DNA of 64,000 nucleotides. Source: Bacteroidota bacterium (GTDB lineage Bacteria > Bacteroidota > Bacteroidia > AKYH767-A > OLB10). The notes beneath the pieces were generated by a model. That model saw only the letters and a program-made list of their open reading frames with translations, ran no database searches and was not told where the DNA came from. Shown piece after piece: positions 19,446 to 30,120 of this stretch; positions within the stretch are counted from its first letter, which is position 1; each line of letters begins with the position of its first letter. The stretch covers positions 18,974-82,973 of the forward strand of contig JAFDWZ010000028.1 in the NCBI GenBank assembly GCA_018268195.1, given 5' to 3'. Position numbers and translations under genes: made by a program.

Positions 19446-20644
19446 TGCACTAAAGTAATTATTTTATTTACAATATCAGAAGCAACTTCTTCTTTGGTTT
19501 TTTTATCAAAAGGTGTTGTTTGTTCGTTGCGGTCAATAATGGTTATTCGGTTAAACTGCGAACCAAAAACTTTATTGTTTTCATCCAACATGTTCAGTAC
19601 AATAAAATCCAGATTTTTATTTTTCATTTTTCTGATAGCGTTGGTTTCGCCATTGTTAGTCTCAAGTGCAAAACCAACCAGTATCTGATGTTTGTTTTTT
19701 TGTTTTCCTAAGGTTGCTGCAATATCAGTAGTAGGCTCAAGTGTAAGTGAAATACTCTCATCGCCTTGTTTCTTGATTTTTTGTTGTGATTGTTCAGCGG
19801 GCTTAAAATCAGCTACGGCAGCTGCAAGTACCATGATATCCGCGGTGGTAAAAACATTCTGACATGCCTGCAACATATCGTCAGCAGAAATTACAGGTAC
19901 AATTTTTATAGCATTGAATAATTCATCCGTTTCAACTCCCGGACCGGTGATTAGAGTTACTTCAGCTCCTTGTTTGAAGAGATGATTGGCAATGGCAATA
20001 CCCATTTTTCCTGATGAATGATTGCCAATAAATCGAACAGGATCTATAGCCTCAGTTGTGGGACCTGCTGTTACCACAGCCTTCCTGTTTTTAAGAGGTA
20101 AAACCGGATTTAAAAAACGGATTACTTCTTCAACAATTTTATCAGGTTCCGACATTCGGCCTTCGCCTGAAAGCCCGCTTGCAAGTTCACCTTTATCAGG
20201 TCCGGTTTGCAAAATACCTTCTGCGCGGAGCGCTTTTAAATTCTCCTGTGTGGTACTGTGTTGAAACATGTCGGCATCCATTGCAGGAGCTATCATCACT
20301 TTTGAACGGCATGAGAGATATACTGCCAGCAGCAGGTTGTCGCAAATGCCATGTGCCATTTTTGAAAGTGTGTTGGCTGAAGCAGGTGCTATTAAGAATA
20401 AATCGCACCACAATCCCAGTTCAACATGGTTATTCCATGATGCATCTTCTGCGGAAAACGAACTGTAAATTTTATTTCTTGAAACGGTGGATAAAACAAG
20501 AGGTGAAACAAAGTCACTTGCGGCAGGTGTTAATACCACCTTAACATCAGCACCTTGTTTCACCAACTGGCGAACCAATTCGGGAGTTTTGTATGCGGCA
20601 ATGCTACCGGTCACTCCCAGCAGGATTTTTTTCCCCTGCAGCAT
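19442..20644 (-). CDS. coaBC: Bifunctional phosphopantothenoylcysteine decarboxylase / phosphopantothenate-cysteine ligase
   Basis: N-terminal flavoprotein domain (KKILLGVTGSIAAYKTPELVRQL) and a C-terminal CoaB ligase domain (VTAGPTTEAIDPVRFIGNHSSGKMG). Confidence 0.9.
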   Translation of the reverse strand: MLQGKKILLGVTGSIAAYKTPELVRQLVKQGADVKVVLTPAASDFVSPLVLSTVSRNKIYSSFSAEDASWNNHVELGLWCDLFLIAPASANTLSKMAHGICDNLLLAVYLSCRSKVMIAPAMDADMFQHSTTQENLKALRAEGILQTGPDKGELASGLSGEGRMSEPDKIVEEVIRFLNPVLPLKNRKAVVTAGPTTEAIDPVRFIGNHSSGKMGIAIANHLFKQGAEVTLITGPGVETDELFNAIKIVPVISADDMLQACQNVFTTADIMVLAAAVADFKPAEQSQQKIKKQGDESISLTLEPTTDIAATLGKQKNKHQILVGFALETNNGETNAIRKMKNKNLDFIVLNMLDENNKVFGSQFNRITIIDRNEQTTPFDKKTKEEVASDIVNKIITLVQ

Positions 20645-20649
20645 GGCCC

Positions 20650-20988
20650 TTAAAGTTCTTTCTGTTCTTTGGTTTCTTCGATAACCGGCTTACGGAAATA
20701 TATTTTTCCTTCTAAGAAATCCTGAATTGCAACGAGTGTAGGCTTTGGCAAACGCTCGTAATATTTTGAGATTTCTATCTGCTCACGGTTTTCAAATACC
20801 TCATCCAAGGTGTCGGTAGAAGAAGAGAACTCGCTGAGCTTGTCGTGTAATTCTTCGCGGGTTTCCGCAGCAATGTGGTTAGCTCTTTTTGCTATTACAG
20901 CAAGGCTTTCGTAAATATTACCTGTGCCTTTTTCGAAATCAACTAAATCACGTGTGATAGTTGACGGAGCTACGTTTCTTGTATTCAT
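20650..20988 (-). CDS. rpoZ: DNA-directed RNA polymerase subunit omega (Bacteroidota long form)
   Basis: About 110 aa. The segment NIYESLAVIAKRANHI resembles the RpoZ core helix. Its position between bamD and coaBC matches the conserved Bacteroidota block. Confidence 0.55.
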   Translation of the reverse strand: MNTRNVAPSTITRDLVDFEKGTGNIYESLAVIAKRANHIAAETREELHDKLSEFSSSTDTLDEVFENREQIEISKYYERLPKPTLVAIQDFLEGKIYFRKPVIEETKEQKEL

Positions 20989-21001
20989 TGTTGCTAAATT
21001 A

Positions 21002-21820
21002 TTAATTTAAAATTTTAATGTCTTTTAATTTTCCTTCAATAGAGGCCTGAAGTCTTTCAGCTTCTTTTTTATAAGAAGACTGTGGAAAAGTTTCCATCAG
21101 CCGTGCATAAAATTCAAGCGCATTCTTATACCGTTCTTCTTTTTTAGATTCAATGCTGTTGCCGGCATAAAGATATGCCGATTTCAACATCAAAAATAAA
21201 CATTCTTCCTGATATTTAGTGGTAGGGAAGTCAGTTATTACATTTCCAAAAGCCACTATTGCTGATTTATAATCTTCCATTTTGTAGTAAAGCATCGCAT
21301 TATCCCACGCTTTCACCTCAAGTTTTTGTCGGAGTTCATCAATCAGTGTATTACACTCAGGCACACGCGAGCTGTTCGGGTATTTGTTGATAAAGAGCTG
21401 AAACTGTCTTATTGCGTCTGTACTGCTTTGCTGATCCAAACTTGAAGGAGCGGAATCCAAATAGTAGCAATAAGCATTGTAATAAAGTGCGTCTTCGGCT
21501 TTTTTGCTGGTTGGAAATGTCTGAGCAAAGTTGTTAAAGTGATAAGCCGCACTGGTATAATCGCCAGTATAAAAGTAGCATAAACAGTAATAGTAATACG
21601 AATCTTCCGCTTTGTCAGTGCCTTTAAAAACAACAATCAACTCCTCAAATAATTGCAATGCATTGTAGTACTTTTTGTCTTCATAATACTTTATAGCCGC
21701 ATTGTATTTCATGTTCATATCACCGCTTTTACGTATCCGGTTGAAGCGACTACACGAGCTGAGTAGCAAGGTAATAGCTACCATGCTGGTAATGATGTTC
21801 TTATATCTTGAAACTTTCAT
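21002..21820 (-). CDS. bamD: Outer membrane protein assembly factor BamD (TPR lipoprotein)
   Basis: Lipoprotein signal with Cys (LLLSSCS), 272 aa and TPR-like repeats (multiple YY..A...Y). Upstream of rpoZ. Confidence 0.65.
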   Translation of the reverse strand: MKVSRYKNIITSMVAITLLLSSCSRFNRIRKSGDMNMKYNAAIKYYEDKKYYNALQLFEELIVVFKGTDKAEDSYYYYCLCYFYTGDYTSAAYHFNNFAQTFPTSKKAEDALYYNAYCYYLDSAPSSLDQQSSTDAIRQFQLFINKYPNSSRVPECNTLIDELRQKLEVKAWDNAMLYYKMEDYKSAIVAFGNVITDFPTTKYQEECLFLMLKSAYLYAGNSIESKKEERYKNALEFYARLMETFPQSSYKKEAERLQASIEGKLKDIKILN

Positions 21821-21958
21821 CAGGGGCGCAAAGATAAATTAAAGTTTTATTCATGACTATAAAGATGATAATCAGAACATCTAAAAACGATAAAAAAATG
21901 AAAATATGATGTTTTTCATAAATTCTGATTAATTTAGAGCCTTCAAAAATCAAATTCC

Positions 21959-24900
21959 ATGTTAAAGAAACTTTTACCAGCCATTATGCTTGGTTTATGG
22001 AGCATAACAACTCAAGCGCAAACGGACTACAGATTGATGTTGGCCGGAAAGCCTGAAATAACTGCTGAAAACACCGAACAGTTTATTCTTACAGAAAACC
22101 CTAAGAGTGACGAGATTTGTCAGGGTTATTATTACCGGTTTATTCAATTTTTCGAAATACCTACTACTCAGCAAAAAGAGCAGTTGGAACAGACGGGTAT
22201 AAAATTACTTGACTACATTCCACATAATGCATTCTGGAGTGCTATTCCTGTGAATTATGATAAAACCCAATTTCGTAATTTTAACATACGCTCTCTTACA
22301 TCACGCACCAATGAACAAAAACTTGCCGTAAACATGTTGGGCGAATATCCTAACTACGCTGTACCGGCAGCAGGAAAATTAAATGTGCGTGTACAGTATC
22401 AGAAAAATTTATCAGCTGCAGATGTGATGGCATGGGCTTCGGTTTTCGGGAAAATTGCGCGTGTTACGGAGTTGAACAATATTCTTGAAATCACAGTTTC
22501 GCAAAACGATATTCAAAAATTGACAGAGCAGCCTTGGGTGTTTTATATTTCACTCACCGCTCCGCCATCTGAAAAAGACGATACCATGGGGCGTAGTCTG
22601 CACCGCAGCAATGCCATCAATAACGATTTAGTGATGGGTCGTAAATACAATGGTAATGGAGTTGCAGCAGCACTTGCTGACGATGGTTTTGTTGGACCTC
22701 ATATTGATTTTACAGGAAGAATTACCAATTATGCAACAGGTGTTGGTCAAACTCATGGTGATATGACCAGCGGAATTCTTGCAGGTGCAGCCAACCTCAA
22801 TCCTGTTTACAGAGGTATGGCTGATGGTGTTCAACTTTATGTTTTTGATATCTCCGGATATAGTCACATTCTGAATGCTGTAGCCAATTATGATACGATA
22901 GAAACAGTTGTTACTTCTACCAGCTATTCACAGGGTTGTAATGAATACACTACCGATACTCAGTTTGGTGATCAGACTATTCATGATAATGGTCAGCTGG
23001 AATTTGTTTTTTCAGCAGGAAATAATAATGGTGCCAACTGTGGATATGGTGCAGGAGGTAACTGGGGAAATATAACCGGAGGTTACAAGCAGGGAAAAAA
23101 TGTGATTGCAGTTGCCAATCTGGATGCAATGGAAGTTATAGATCCAAGTAGCAGTATTGGCCCCGCATCTGACGGACGTGTGAAACCTGATATTGCCTCC
23201 AATGGCCGTGACCAGATGTCAACAGATGAAGGAAATACTTACCAGGTAGGTGGTGGTACATCAGCTGCATGCCCGGGTATTGCAGGCATAACTACACAAC
23301 TTATTCAGGCTTACAAGGAATTATATACGGATACAATTGCTCCAACTGCACTGATAAAAGCATGTTTATTAAACGGAGCAGAAGACATAGGTAATCCCGG
23401 CCCTGATTTTAAATATGGATGGGGTAGAGTAAATGCTTTGCGCGCAGTGAAAACTTTAGAGGATAATCATTTTATTCATGGCTCAATTGCACAGGGCGAC
23501 AGTTTGACTTTTAACCTGACCGTTCCGGCAAATGTAAAAGATTTCAGAGTAATGGTTTATTGGCACGATCAAGGTGGCTCTCCTGCGGCAGCCACTTCGT
23601 TGGTGAATGATATTGATTTGACTGTGACTGACCCGTCAGCAGCAGTGTGGAAACCATGGGTATTGGATCCTACTCCCAACGCCACCAACCTTAACACTCC
23701 TGCTGTGAGAGGTATTGATCATCTTAACAACATGGAACAAGTTACTCTTGACAATCCTGCTGCCGGTACTTACACTGTATCACTCAAAGGTTTTGCAATT
23801 CCACAAGGCCCGCAGGAATTTTATATAGTGTATGAATATAGAATGGATGATATTACGGTTACTTATCCAATCGGAAGAGAAGGTTTTGTGCCGGGCGAAA
23901 CAGAAATACTTCGTTGGGATGCACTTAAAGGGTTAGGTGGATTTACATTGGAATATTCAACCGATAACGGTACTACATGGAATAACATTGGAACAGTTAG
24001 TCAGAATACTTTACAGTATCAGTGGACAGTACCTAATAACCTCAGCAGCGAAGCTCGTGTAAGAGTTTCCCGCGGCTCAGTTAGCGGAATGAATCAGGAA
24101 CCTTTTTCAATCATTGGAGTACCGCAAAATCTGCATGTTGTTTACGGATGTATTGATTCTGTTAAAATAGCATGGAATGCAGTCAGTGGTGCTGCTTGGT
24201 ATGAAGTGAGTTTGCTTGGCAATATGTACATGGATTCAGTTGGAACCAGTAATACTACCGATTATGTTTTTACAAATCTTATACCTGCCAACAGCTATTG
24301 GTTTAGTGTGCGTGCCGTATTCCCTGATGGGAATAAAGGTAGAAGAGCTTTTGCTGTAAATAAAGCACCAGGAATATTTAATTGCCCGAACATACCTCCT
24401 TTGGTTGCGTTTAATGCTAATTTCAGTTCAGGTTGCGTAGGCAAAACTTTTCAGTTTAATGACCTGAGTTCAAATGCCCCTATTTCCTGGAATTGGAGCT
24501 TTAATCCCAATACCGTAACCTTTGTGAATGGAACATCTGCATCATCTCAGAACCCACAGGTGCAATTCAATGCTACAGGTTTATATGATGTAACGTTGAT
24601 TGCTGCTAATGGAATTGGTTCGAACACTAGTACAGTTACCTCCATGGTTGATATTGTACCTGCACAGCAACCTCCAATAATTCAAGATTTTCAGGCTGCA
24701 GCTTTCCCTCCTCAATACTGGTCTATTGATTCATCTAACAACAATTACACTTGGAGCAAAAGCAGTAATATAATAGGTATAAGTGGTGCAAATACCATTG
24801 CTGCTTATATGAATAACTACAGTTACAATGGATATGGTTATGAAGATGGTTTACTCAGCTACAGTGTATCATTAAACAATGCCGTTTCAGCAATGCTTAC

Positions 24901-25468
24901 TTTCGATGTTGCTTATGCGCCATATTCTGTTCCTAATTACAGTGATACCCTACGGGTAGATATTTCTACCGATTGTGGAAACACTTTCCAAACTTCAGGT
25001 TACCTCAAAGGTGGATTAACGCTCTCTTCAATTGGTACCACATTATCCTCAACTTTCACGCCTACATCAGGTTCGCAATGGCGTAAGGATACCATATTGC
25101 TGAACAACTTTATCGGTGATGACGTAGTCATAAAATTTGTCAATATCAACGGATATGGTAATAGCTTGTATATTGATAATGTGAATATTGATATTACGAC
25201 AGGAATCAAAAACCTGCAAGAGCCAACGGACAATATCAGCATCATACCCAATCCATCCAATGGCGTTTTCAGAATTCAAACTCCCCAAGGACATGATTCC
25301 TATCAGGTTGAAGTTTTTGACTTGAGTGGAAAAATGATTGTGAAAGATTTAATACCTGTTAACCAAAGCGAGAAACTACTTGATCTAAGGAGTTTCAGCG
25401 ATGGTGTTTACACATTGAAAATGACAGGAACTGCTCAAACGAAGATGTTCCGTTTAATTAAAAATTAA
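21959..25468 (+). CDS. S8 family subtilisin-like serine peptidase with C-terminal Fn3/PKD-like domains and a T9SS C-terminal sorting domain
   Basis: Signal peptide. The catalytic triad is placed at Asp (ALADDGF), His (GQTHGDMTSG) and Ser (GGTSAACPGIAG). A type-A T9SS CTD is present at the C-terminus (IIPNPSNGVFRI...VFDLSGKMI...GVYTLKMTG). Confidence 0.85.
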   Translation: MLKKLLPAIMLGLWSITTQAQTDYRLMLAGKPEITAENTEQFILTENPKSDEICQGYYYRFIQFFEIPTTQQKEQLEQTGIKLLDYIPHNAFWSAIPVNYDKTQFRNFNIRSLTSRTNEQKLAVNMLGEYPNYAVPAAGKLNVRVQYQKNLSAADVMAWASVFGKIARVTELNNILEITVSQNDIQKLTEQPWVFYISLTAPPSEKDDTMGRSLHRSNAINNDLVMGRKYNGNGVAAALADDGFVGPHIDFTGRITNYATGVGQTHGDMTSGILAGAANLNPVYRGMADGVQLYVFDISGYSHILNAVANYDTIETVVTSTSYSQGCNEYTTDTQFGDQTIHDNGQLEFVFSAGNNNGANCGYGAGGNWGNITGGYKQGKNVIAVANLDAMEVIDPSSSIGPASDGRVKPDIASNGRDQMSTDEGNTYQVGGGTSAACPGIAGITTQLIQAYKELYTDTIAPTALIKACLLNGAEDIGNPGPDFKYGWGRVNALRAVKTLEDNHFIHGSIAQGDSLTFNLTVPANVKDFRVMVYWHDQGGSPAAATSLVNDIDLTVTDPSAAVWKPWVLDPTPNATNLNTPAVRGIDHLNNMEQVTLDNPAAGTYTVSLKGFAIPQGPQEFYIVYEYRMDDITVTYPIGREGFVPGETEILRWDALKGLGGFTLEYSTDNGTTWNNIGTVSQNTLQYQWTVPNNLSSEARVRVSRGSVSGMNQEPFSIIGVPQNLHVVYGCIDSVKIAWNAVSGAAWYEVSLLGNMYMDSVGTSNTTDYVFTNLIPANSYWFSVRAVFPDGNKGRRAFAVNKAPGIFNCPNIPPLVAFNANFSSGCVGKTFQFNDLSSNAPISWNWSFNPNTVTFVNGTSASSQNPQVQFNATGLYDVTLIAANGIGSNTSTVTSMVDIVPAQQPPIIQDFQAAAFPPQYWSIDSSNNNYTWSKSSNIIGISGANTIAAYMNNYSYNGYGYEDGLLSYSVSLNNAVSAMLTFDVAYAPYSVPNYSDTLRVDISTDCGNTFQTSGYLKGGLTLSSIGTTLSSTFTPTSGSQWRKDTILLNNFIGDDVVIKFVNINGYGNSLYIDNVNIDITTGIKNLQEPTDNISIIPNPSNGVFRIQTPQGHDSYQVEVFDLSGKMIVKDLIPVNQSEKLLDLRSFSDGVYTLKMTGTAQTKMFRLIKN

Positions 25469-25488
25469 AATTATCATTTAACTGTTTT

Positions 25489-25520
25489 ATAAAGGCTGTC
25501 TTCAATGGGCAGCCTTTATG
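25489..25520 (+). terminator. Hairpin after the S8 peptidase gene
   Basis: TAAAGGCTGtcttcaatggGCAGCCTTTA inverted repeat. The downstream T-tract is weak. Confidence 0.4.
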
Positions 25521-25681
25521 ATTTAAACCATACCTATGCGAATAAGATAAGCCTTAACTTTAAATTTTCATGATTGAAAAATTTAACAAACTGCGTTGAT
25601 AACTAAAACGGATGAACTTACGTTAAATGGACTAATTTTTATTTTTTTGCGTTTTAATTATAGGACCACAATTACCTTTTT

Positions 25682-26773
25682 ATGATGAATAAAAACAACT
25701 ACTGCGTTATAATGGCCGGTGGCATAGGAAGCCGCTTTTGGCCAATGAGCCGCAATGCTTTTCCGAAACAATTCCTCGATATACTGGATACAGGAAAAAC
25801 TCTTTTACAACAAACCTATCATCGCTTTGCGCGAATTTGCCCTAAAGAAAATATTCTCATAGTCACTAACGAGTCTTATGTTGATTTGGTAAAACAAAAT
25901 CTTCCTGATTTACCGGTAGAAAATATTTTAGGCGAACCTCTCAGAAGAAATACAGCTCCATGTGTTTCGTATGCAGCCTTTAAAATTGCTTCGGCAAACC
26001 CTGATGCAAATATTATTGTTGCTCCTTCCGATCATATTATTACCAAGGAAGATGCATTTATCGAAACGGTTGAAGCAGGATTGAATTTTACACGGTCAAA
26101 CGATAGTCTTTTAACTATTGGTATCACACCGAGCCGCCCTGATACAGGCTATGGTTATATTCAGTTTGTGGATGATAAAAAGAATAATGTTCCTCCGATT
26201 TTCAAAGTAAAAACATTCACCGAAAAGCCTAATCTGGAAATGGCGCAATTCTTTCTTAAAACAGGAGAGTTTGTGTGGAATGCCGGAATTTTTATGTGGA
26301 ATGTGAAGTCCATTCTCAAAGCGTTGAAAAATCATTTGCCCGATATGTATCATCTTTTTGAAGAAGGTGCTGGTAAGTATTACACTGATGGCGAAGCTGA
26401 ATTCGTAAAAAAAGCCTATTCACAGTGTACCAACATCAGTATTGACTTTGGTATTATGGAAAAAGCCAACAATGTTTACGTAATGAAAGCAGAGTTTGGA
26501 TGGAGTGACTTAGGAACCTATGGCTCACTTTATGAGCATCTACCTCATGATGCGGCAAAGAATGCTGTTGTAGGAAAAAACGTAATGCTTTACGACTCTA
26601 ATAATTGTGTAGTAAGCGTGCCACATGATAAACTGGTAGTACTGCAGGGGCTTAATGATTACATCGTTGTGGAATCAGAAAACATTTTGTTGGTTTGCCG
26701 CAAGCAGGATGAGCAGCAGATACGTCAGTTTGTAAATGATGTAAAAGCCAACAAGGGAGAGAAATACGTTTAA
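25682..26773 (+). CDS. manC: Mannose-1-phosphate guanylyltransferase (GDP-mannose pyrophosphorylase), lacking a PMI domain
   Basis: N-terminus reads IMAGGIGSRFWPMSR, followed by a nucleotidyltransferase fold. 363 aa. Confidence 0.8.
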   Translation: MMNKNNYCVIMAGGIGSRFWPMSRNAFPKQFLDILDTGKTLLQQTYHRFARICPKENILIVTNESYVDLVKQNLPDLPVENILGEPLRRNTAPCVSYAAFKIASANPDANIIVAPSDHIITKEDAFIETVEAGLNFTRSNDSLLTIGITPSRPDTGYGYIQFVDDKKNNVPPIFKVKTFTEKPNLEMAQFFLKTGEFVWNAGIFMWNVKSILKALKNHLPDMYHLFEEGAGKYYTDGEAEFVKKAYSQCTNISIDFGIMEKANNVYVMKAEFGWSDLGTYGSLYEHLPHDAAKNAVVGKNVMLYDSNNCVVSVPHDKLVVLQGLNDYIVVESENILLVCRKQDEQQIRQFVNDVKANKGEKYV

Positions 26774-27507
26774 TTAGATTTCTTATAGCTGCCAAACCAG
26801 CTTTTTATTTTCATCTGCAGCACTCCAAAGAATGCTTCTTTAAAAATTCCTGAACTCATTTTGGATTTTCCTTCGGTGCGATCGGTAAATACAATGGGCA
26901 CTTCTACAATGTTGAAACCACAACGCCATGCTGCAAATTTCATTTCAATCTGAAAAGCATAACCCATAAATTTAATTTTCGAAAGGTCAATAATTTCCAG
27001 CACATGACGTCTGTAACATTTGAAGCCGGCTGTGGCATCGCGCACTGGCATACGTGTGATGAGGCGCACATAAGCACTTGCATAATACGACATGATGACT
27101 CTTCCAATTGGCCAGTTGACCACATTTACTCCGTTGATATATCGGGAGCCGATGGCCATATCGGCATTTCCGTTTTTGCAGGCATCTAACAGTCGCATCA
27201 AATCGGCAGGGTTGTGTGAGAAATCTGCATCCATTTCAAAGACATACTGATAATTTCTTTTTAATGCCCATTTAAAGCCGTGAATATAGGCGGTGCCCAA
27301 ACCGAGTTTTCCGGGACGCTGTTCTAGAAATAATGACTCCGGATACTGACTCATCATTTGTTTTACGAGGTCGGCAGTGCCATCTTCGGAGTTGTCATCA
27401 ATTACAAGTACATGAAATGAATTGATAAGATTAAAAACAGCCTTGATGATTTTCTGGATGTTTTCTTTCTCGTTGTAGGTTGGTATGATGACTAGTGCTT
27501 CGCTCAC
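26770..27507 (-). CDS. GT2 family glycosyltransferase, polyprenol-phosphate mannose synthase (DPM1-like)
   Basis: N-terminal IIPTYNEKENI, a DDNSEDGT motif and a catalytic DAD motif (EMDADFSH). Confidence 0.75.
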   Translation of the reverse strand: MSEALVIIPTYNEKENIQKIIKAVFNLINSFHVLVIDDNSEDGTADLVKQMMSQYPESLFLEQRPGKLGLGTAYIHGFKWALKRNYQYVFEMDADFSHNPADLMRLLDACKNGNADMAIGSRYINGVNVVNWPIGRVIMSYYASAYVRLITRMPVRDATAGFKCYRRHVLEIIDLSKIKFMGYAFQIEMKFAAWRCGFNIVEVPIVFTDRTEGKSKMSSGIFKEAFFGVLQMKIKSWFGSYKKSN

Positions 27508-27588
27508 AATAATTTTTAACGTTTCAAAAATAACAATCTTATGCCTATTGTTATTTTAAAATTCTGTGAAGTATTTGAATTCTTTAAT

Positions 27589-28032
27589 TTATTTCCCTGT
27601 ATGGCCGAAACCACCTGCTCCTCTTTCTGATTCGGACAACGTTGCTACAGTTATCCATTCCGCTTTTTCATGCGAGGCAATCACCATTTGCGCTATTCGT
27701 TCGCCATTTTTAATAATAAAAGGTTCGTCTGACAGGTTAATCAGAATCACTTTTATTTCTCCTCGGTAATCAGCATCAATAGTGCCCGGTGAGTTAAGTA
27801 CGGTAATACCTTGTTTGGCTGCAAGACCGCTTCGTGGTCTTATCTGTGCTTCGTACCCCACAGGTAATTCAATAAACAGTCCTGTTGGGATTATTGCGCG
27901 CCCCAAGGGTTTTAATGTAATACTATCAGTAAGATTGGCACGCAGGTCCATGCCCGCAGCGTGTGCTGTTTCATAAGCAGGCAATGCATGTGCCGATTGA
28001 TTGATGATTTTAATATTGATGAAATCAGGCAT
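27589..28032 (-). CDS. dut: dUTP diphosphatase
   Basis: dUTPase motifs [18 protein letters not shown] and [10 protein letters not shown]. Confidence 0.9.
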   Translation of the reverse strand: MPDFINIKIINQSAHALPAYETAHAAGMDLRANLTDSITLKPLGRAIIPTGLFIELPVGYEAQIRPRSGLAAKQGITVLNSPGTIDADYRGEIKVILINLSDEPFIIKNGERIAQMVIASHEKAEWITVATLSESERGAGGFGHTGK

Positions 28033-28090
28033 GTTATAAAAGTATTCAGGTTGTAAAAATATTTAATCGAAGCACATGTTGCGCCAGTGA

Positions 28091-29620
28091 TTATTCTGTT
28101 TTTCTATAAGTGTTTGAAGGTGTTGTTTTCGTTTTTGCCTGGCGAAGCTGCATGTCAGGGAGGTTAATTTTATAAATTGCAAAAAGATAACCGCATAGGA
28201 AGAGTGAGTTGATAACCCAGAGTAATACACCCTGATAATGAAACAGCGATTGCACATAGTAAGCAATGGCATAACATAGCAATGCCAGTATTACGGTAAT
28301 AAAATCATCTTTCACTTTATAAGGAATGGGATAATATTTTTGTCCGGTGAAGTACGATAGCAACATCATGGCAAAATAGGTAATGAATGTTGCCCATGCA
28401 GCACCCATATAACCAAATATCGGAATGAGTACAAACAACAGAATGACAGTAAGTACCCCACCAAAAACAGCAAAGTAGGCACCATAATGAGTTTGTTCGG
28501 TTAGTTTGTACCACATGCTTAAATTATAAAATATTCCCAGGCACATGTTGGCCATCAGCAGTATGGGGACTACGCCAATGCCCGAGCGGAATTTCTCTCC
28601 GATAAACAACTGAATAATATCGAGATATAACATTACAACCAAAAATATAACGGAGCAGGTAATTACGAAGTAGGTCATCACTAAAGCATATACGCTGCGT
28701 TTGTTGTCCTGCTTATGCTGTGCGAAAAAGAAAGGTTCAGCAGCATAACGGAAGGTTTGTATAAACAAAGTCATGATGATGCTTAATTTATAACATGCAC
28801 TGTAAATACCAAGTTCACGAAGTGCAGTAGCGGGATTGGGGGCAATAAATTTGTAAATCGCACGGTCCAGAGTTTCGTTAATCATACCTGCAAATCCTGC
28901 AATCATCAGAGGTAAAGCATAGGTAATCATGTTTCGTAGCAGTGCTTTATCAACCTGAAATGTAAAATAACGATACTGACGGAAAAGAAGCAGCACGGTA
29001 ACCCCACTTGCAAGAACATTGGAAATAAATACATATCCAACTCCAATGGAAGGAGTGTAAAGGGAAACGGCAAGTTGTGACAATACACCGTAATCGCCTT
29101 TTATCCACAGCGGGCAACCTATCAGGAAAAATAAGTTAAAGCCAATATTCAGAAAAATATTTATAATTTTTATTAAGGCAAATTTCACAGCCTTGTTTTG
29201 TTGCCTTAGTCTTGCAAAAGGTATGGAAGTAATAGCATCGAAGGCAATAATGAGTGCCAGCCAAATGATGTATTCACCTTTATCGGGATATTTTATAAGG
29301 GATGCAAACTGTCCGGAGAAAAAAATCATCACAGATGTGAGTACAACCGTGGAAATTACTACAGCCGAAAGACAAGTGGCATAAACATTTTTATTTTCTT
29401 TCTCTTTGTGGATAAAGTTGAAAAACGCAGTTTCCATTCCATAGGTAAACAATATGAGCAGAAATGCGGAGTAGGAGTAAAGTTCAGATACCACGCCATA
29501 TTCAACAGGGGAGAAAATACGAGTGTAAATCGGAACCAGCAGATAATTAAGCATACGACCTACAATACTGCTTAGTCCGTAGATAGCTGTCTGTCCTGCA
29601 AGTTTGCGGATTCCGCTCAT
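28091..29620 (-). CDS. Polysaccharide biosynthesis / oligosaccharide flippase family protein (MOP superfamily, Wzx/MurJ-like)
   Basis: 509 aa, about 14 predicted TM helices, N-terminus MSGIRKLAGQTAIYGLSSIVGR. Confidence 0.7.
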   Translation of the reverse strand: MSGIRKLAGQTAIYGLSSIVGRMLNYLLVPIYTRIFSPVEYGVVSELYSYSAFLLILFTYGMETAFFNFIHKEKENKNVYATCLSAVVISTVVLTSVMIFFSGQFASLIKYPDKGEYIIWLALIIAFDAITSIPFARLRQQNKAVKFALIKIINIFLNIGFNLFFLIGCPLWIKGDYGVLSQLAVSLYTPSIGVGYVFISNVLASGVTVLLLFRQYRYFTFQVDKALLRNMITYALPLMIAGFAGMINETLDRAIYKFIAPNPATALRELGIYSACYKLSIIMTLFIQTFRYAAEPFFFAQHKQDNKRSVYALVMTYFVITCSVIFLVVMLYLDIIQLFIGEKFRSGIGVVPILLMANMCLGIFYNLSMWYKLTEQTHYGAYFAVFGGVLTVILLFVLIPIFGYMGAAWATFITYFAMMLLSYFTGQKYYPIPYKVKDDFITVILALLCYAIAYYVQSLFHYQGVLLWVINSLFLCGYLFAIYKINLPDMQLRQAKTKTTPSNTYRKTE

Positions 29621-29665
29621 TCCTGTTTTATTGGTTAAAGTATGTTGACAGAATAATTCAAGGGT

Positions 29666-29941
29666 TCAAAAATATCGTATACGGAATGAATCGCGGTGTA
29701 TAATATCAATTTCTTTTACAGTAACTTCCTTAACGACTGATTGTGGTGATCCTGTATGACACCACTGTGAAAATGATTCAAGCGCGTTTTCTTCTCCGGT
29801 AGCTTCTATATATACCGAGCCATTACTCAGATTTTGTACAAAACCATTTAATCGGTACTCCAATGCTTTTTCTTTGGTAAATTTCCTGAAAAATACACCT
29901 TGTACCTTACCATTTATTGTTATGGCATAACTTTTTATCAT
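29666..29941 (-). CDS. acyP: Acylphosphatase
   Basis: V-x-G-x-VQGVFFR motif (INGKVQGVFFRKFT) and GFVQNLSNGSV. Confidence 0.8.
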   Translation of the reverse strand: MIKSYAITINGKVQGVFFRKFTKEKALEYRLNGFVQNLSNGSVYIEATGEENALESFSQWCHTGSPQSVVKEVTVKEIDIIHRDSFRIRYF

Positions 29942-30120
29942 CTCACATTATGAAGAGTTTGCAATGTTACTAAATTAGATTGGCTTACGGATGCTCTTAA
30001 TCGTCTATAAAAAGATATAGTTCACCTAAAAAATAACTCCATTTGCCGAATTGATGAAAATCATATTTTAGCAGCCGATACATTTGGCACGTTAACTTAC
30101 AAACCAATAAATCATTACGT

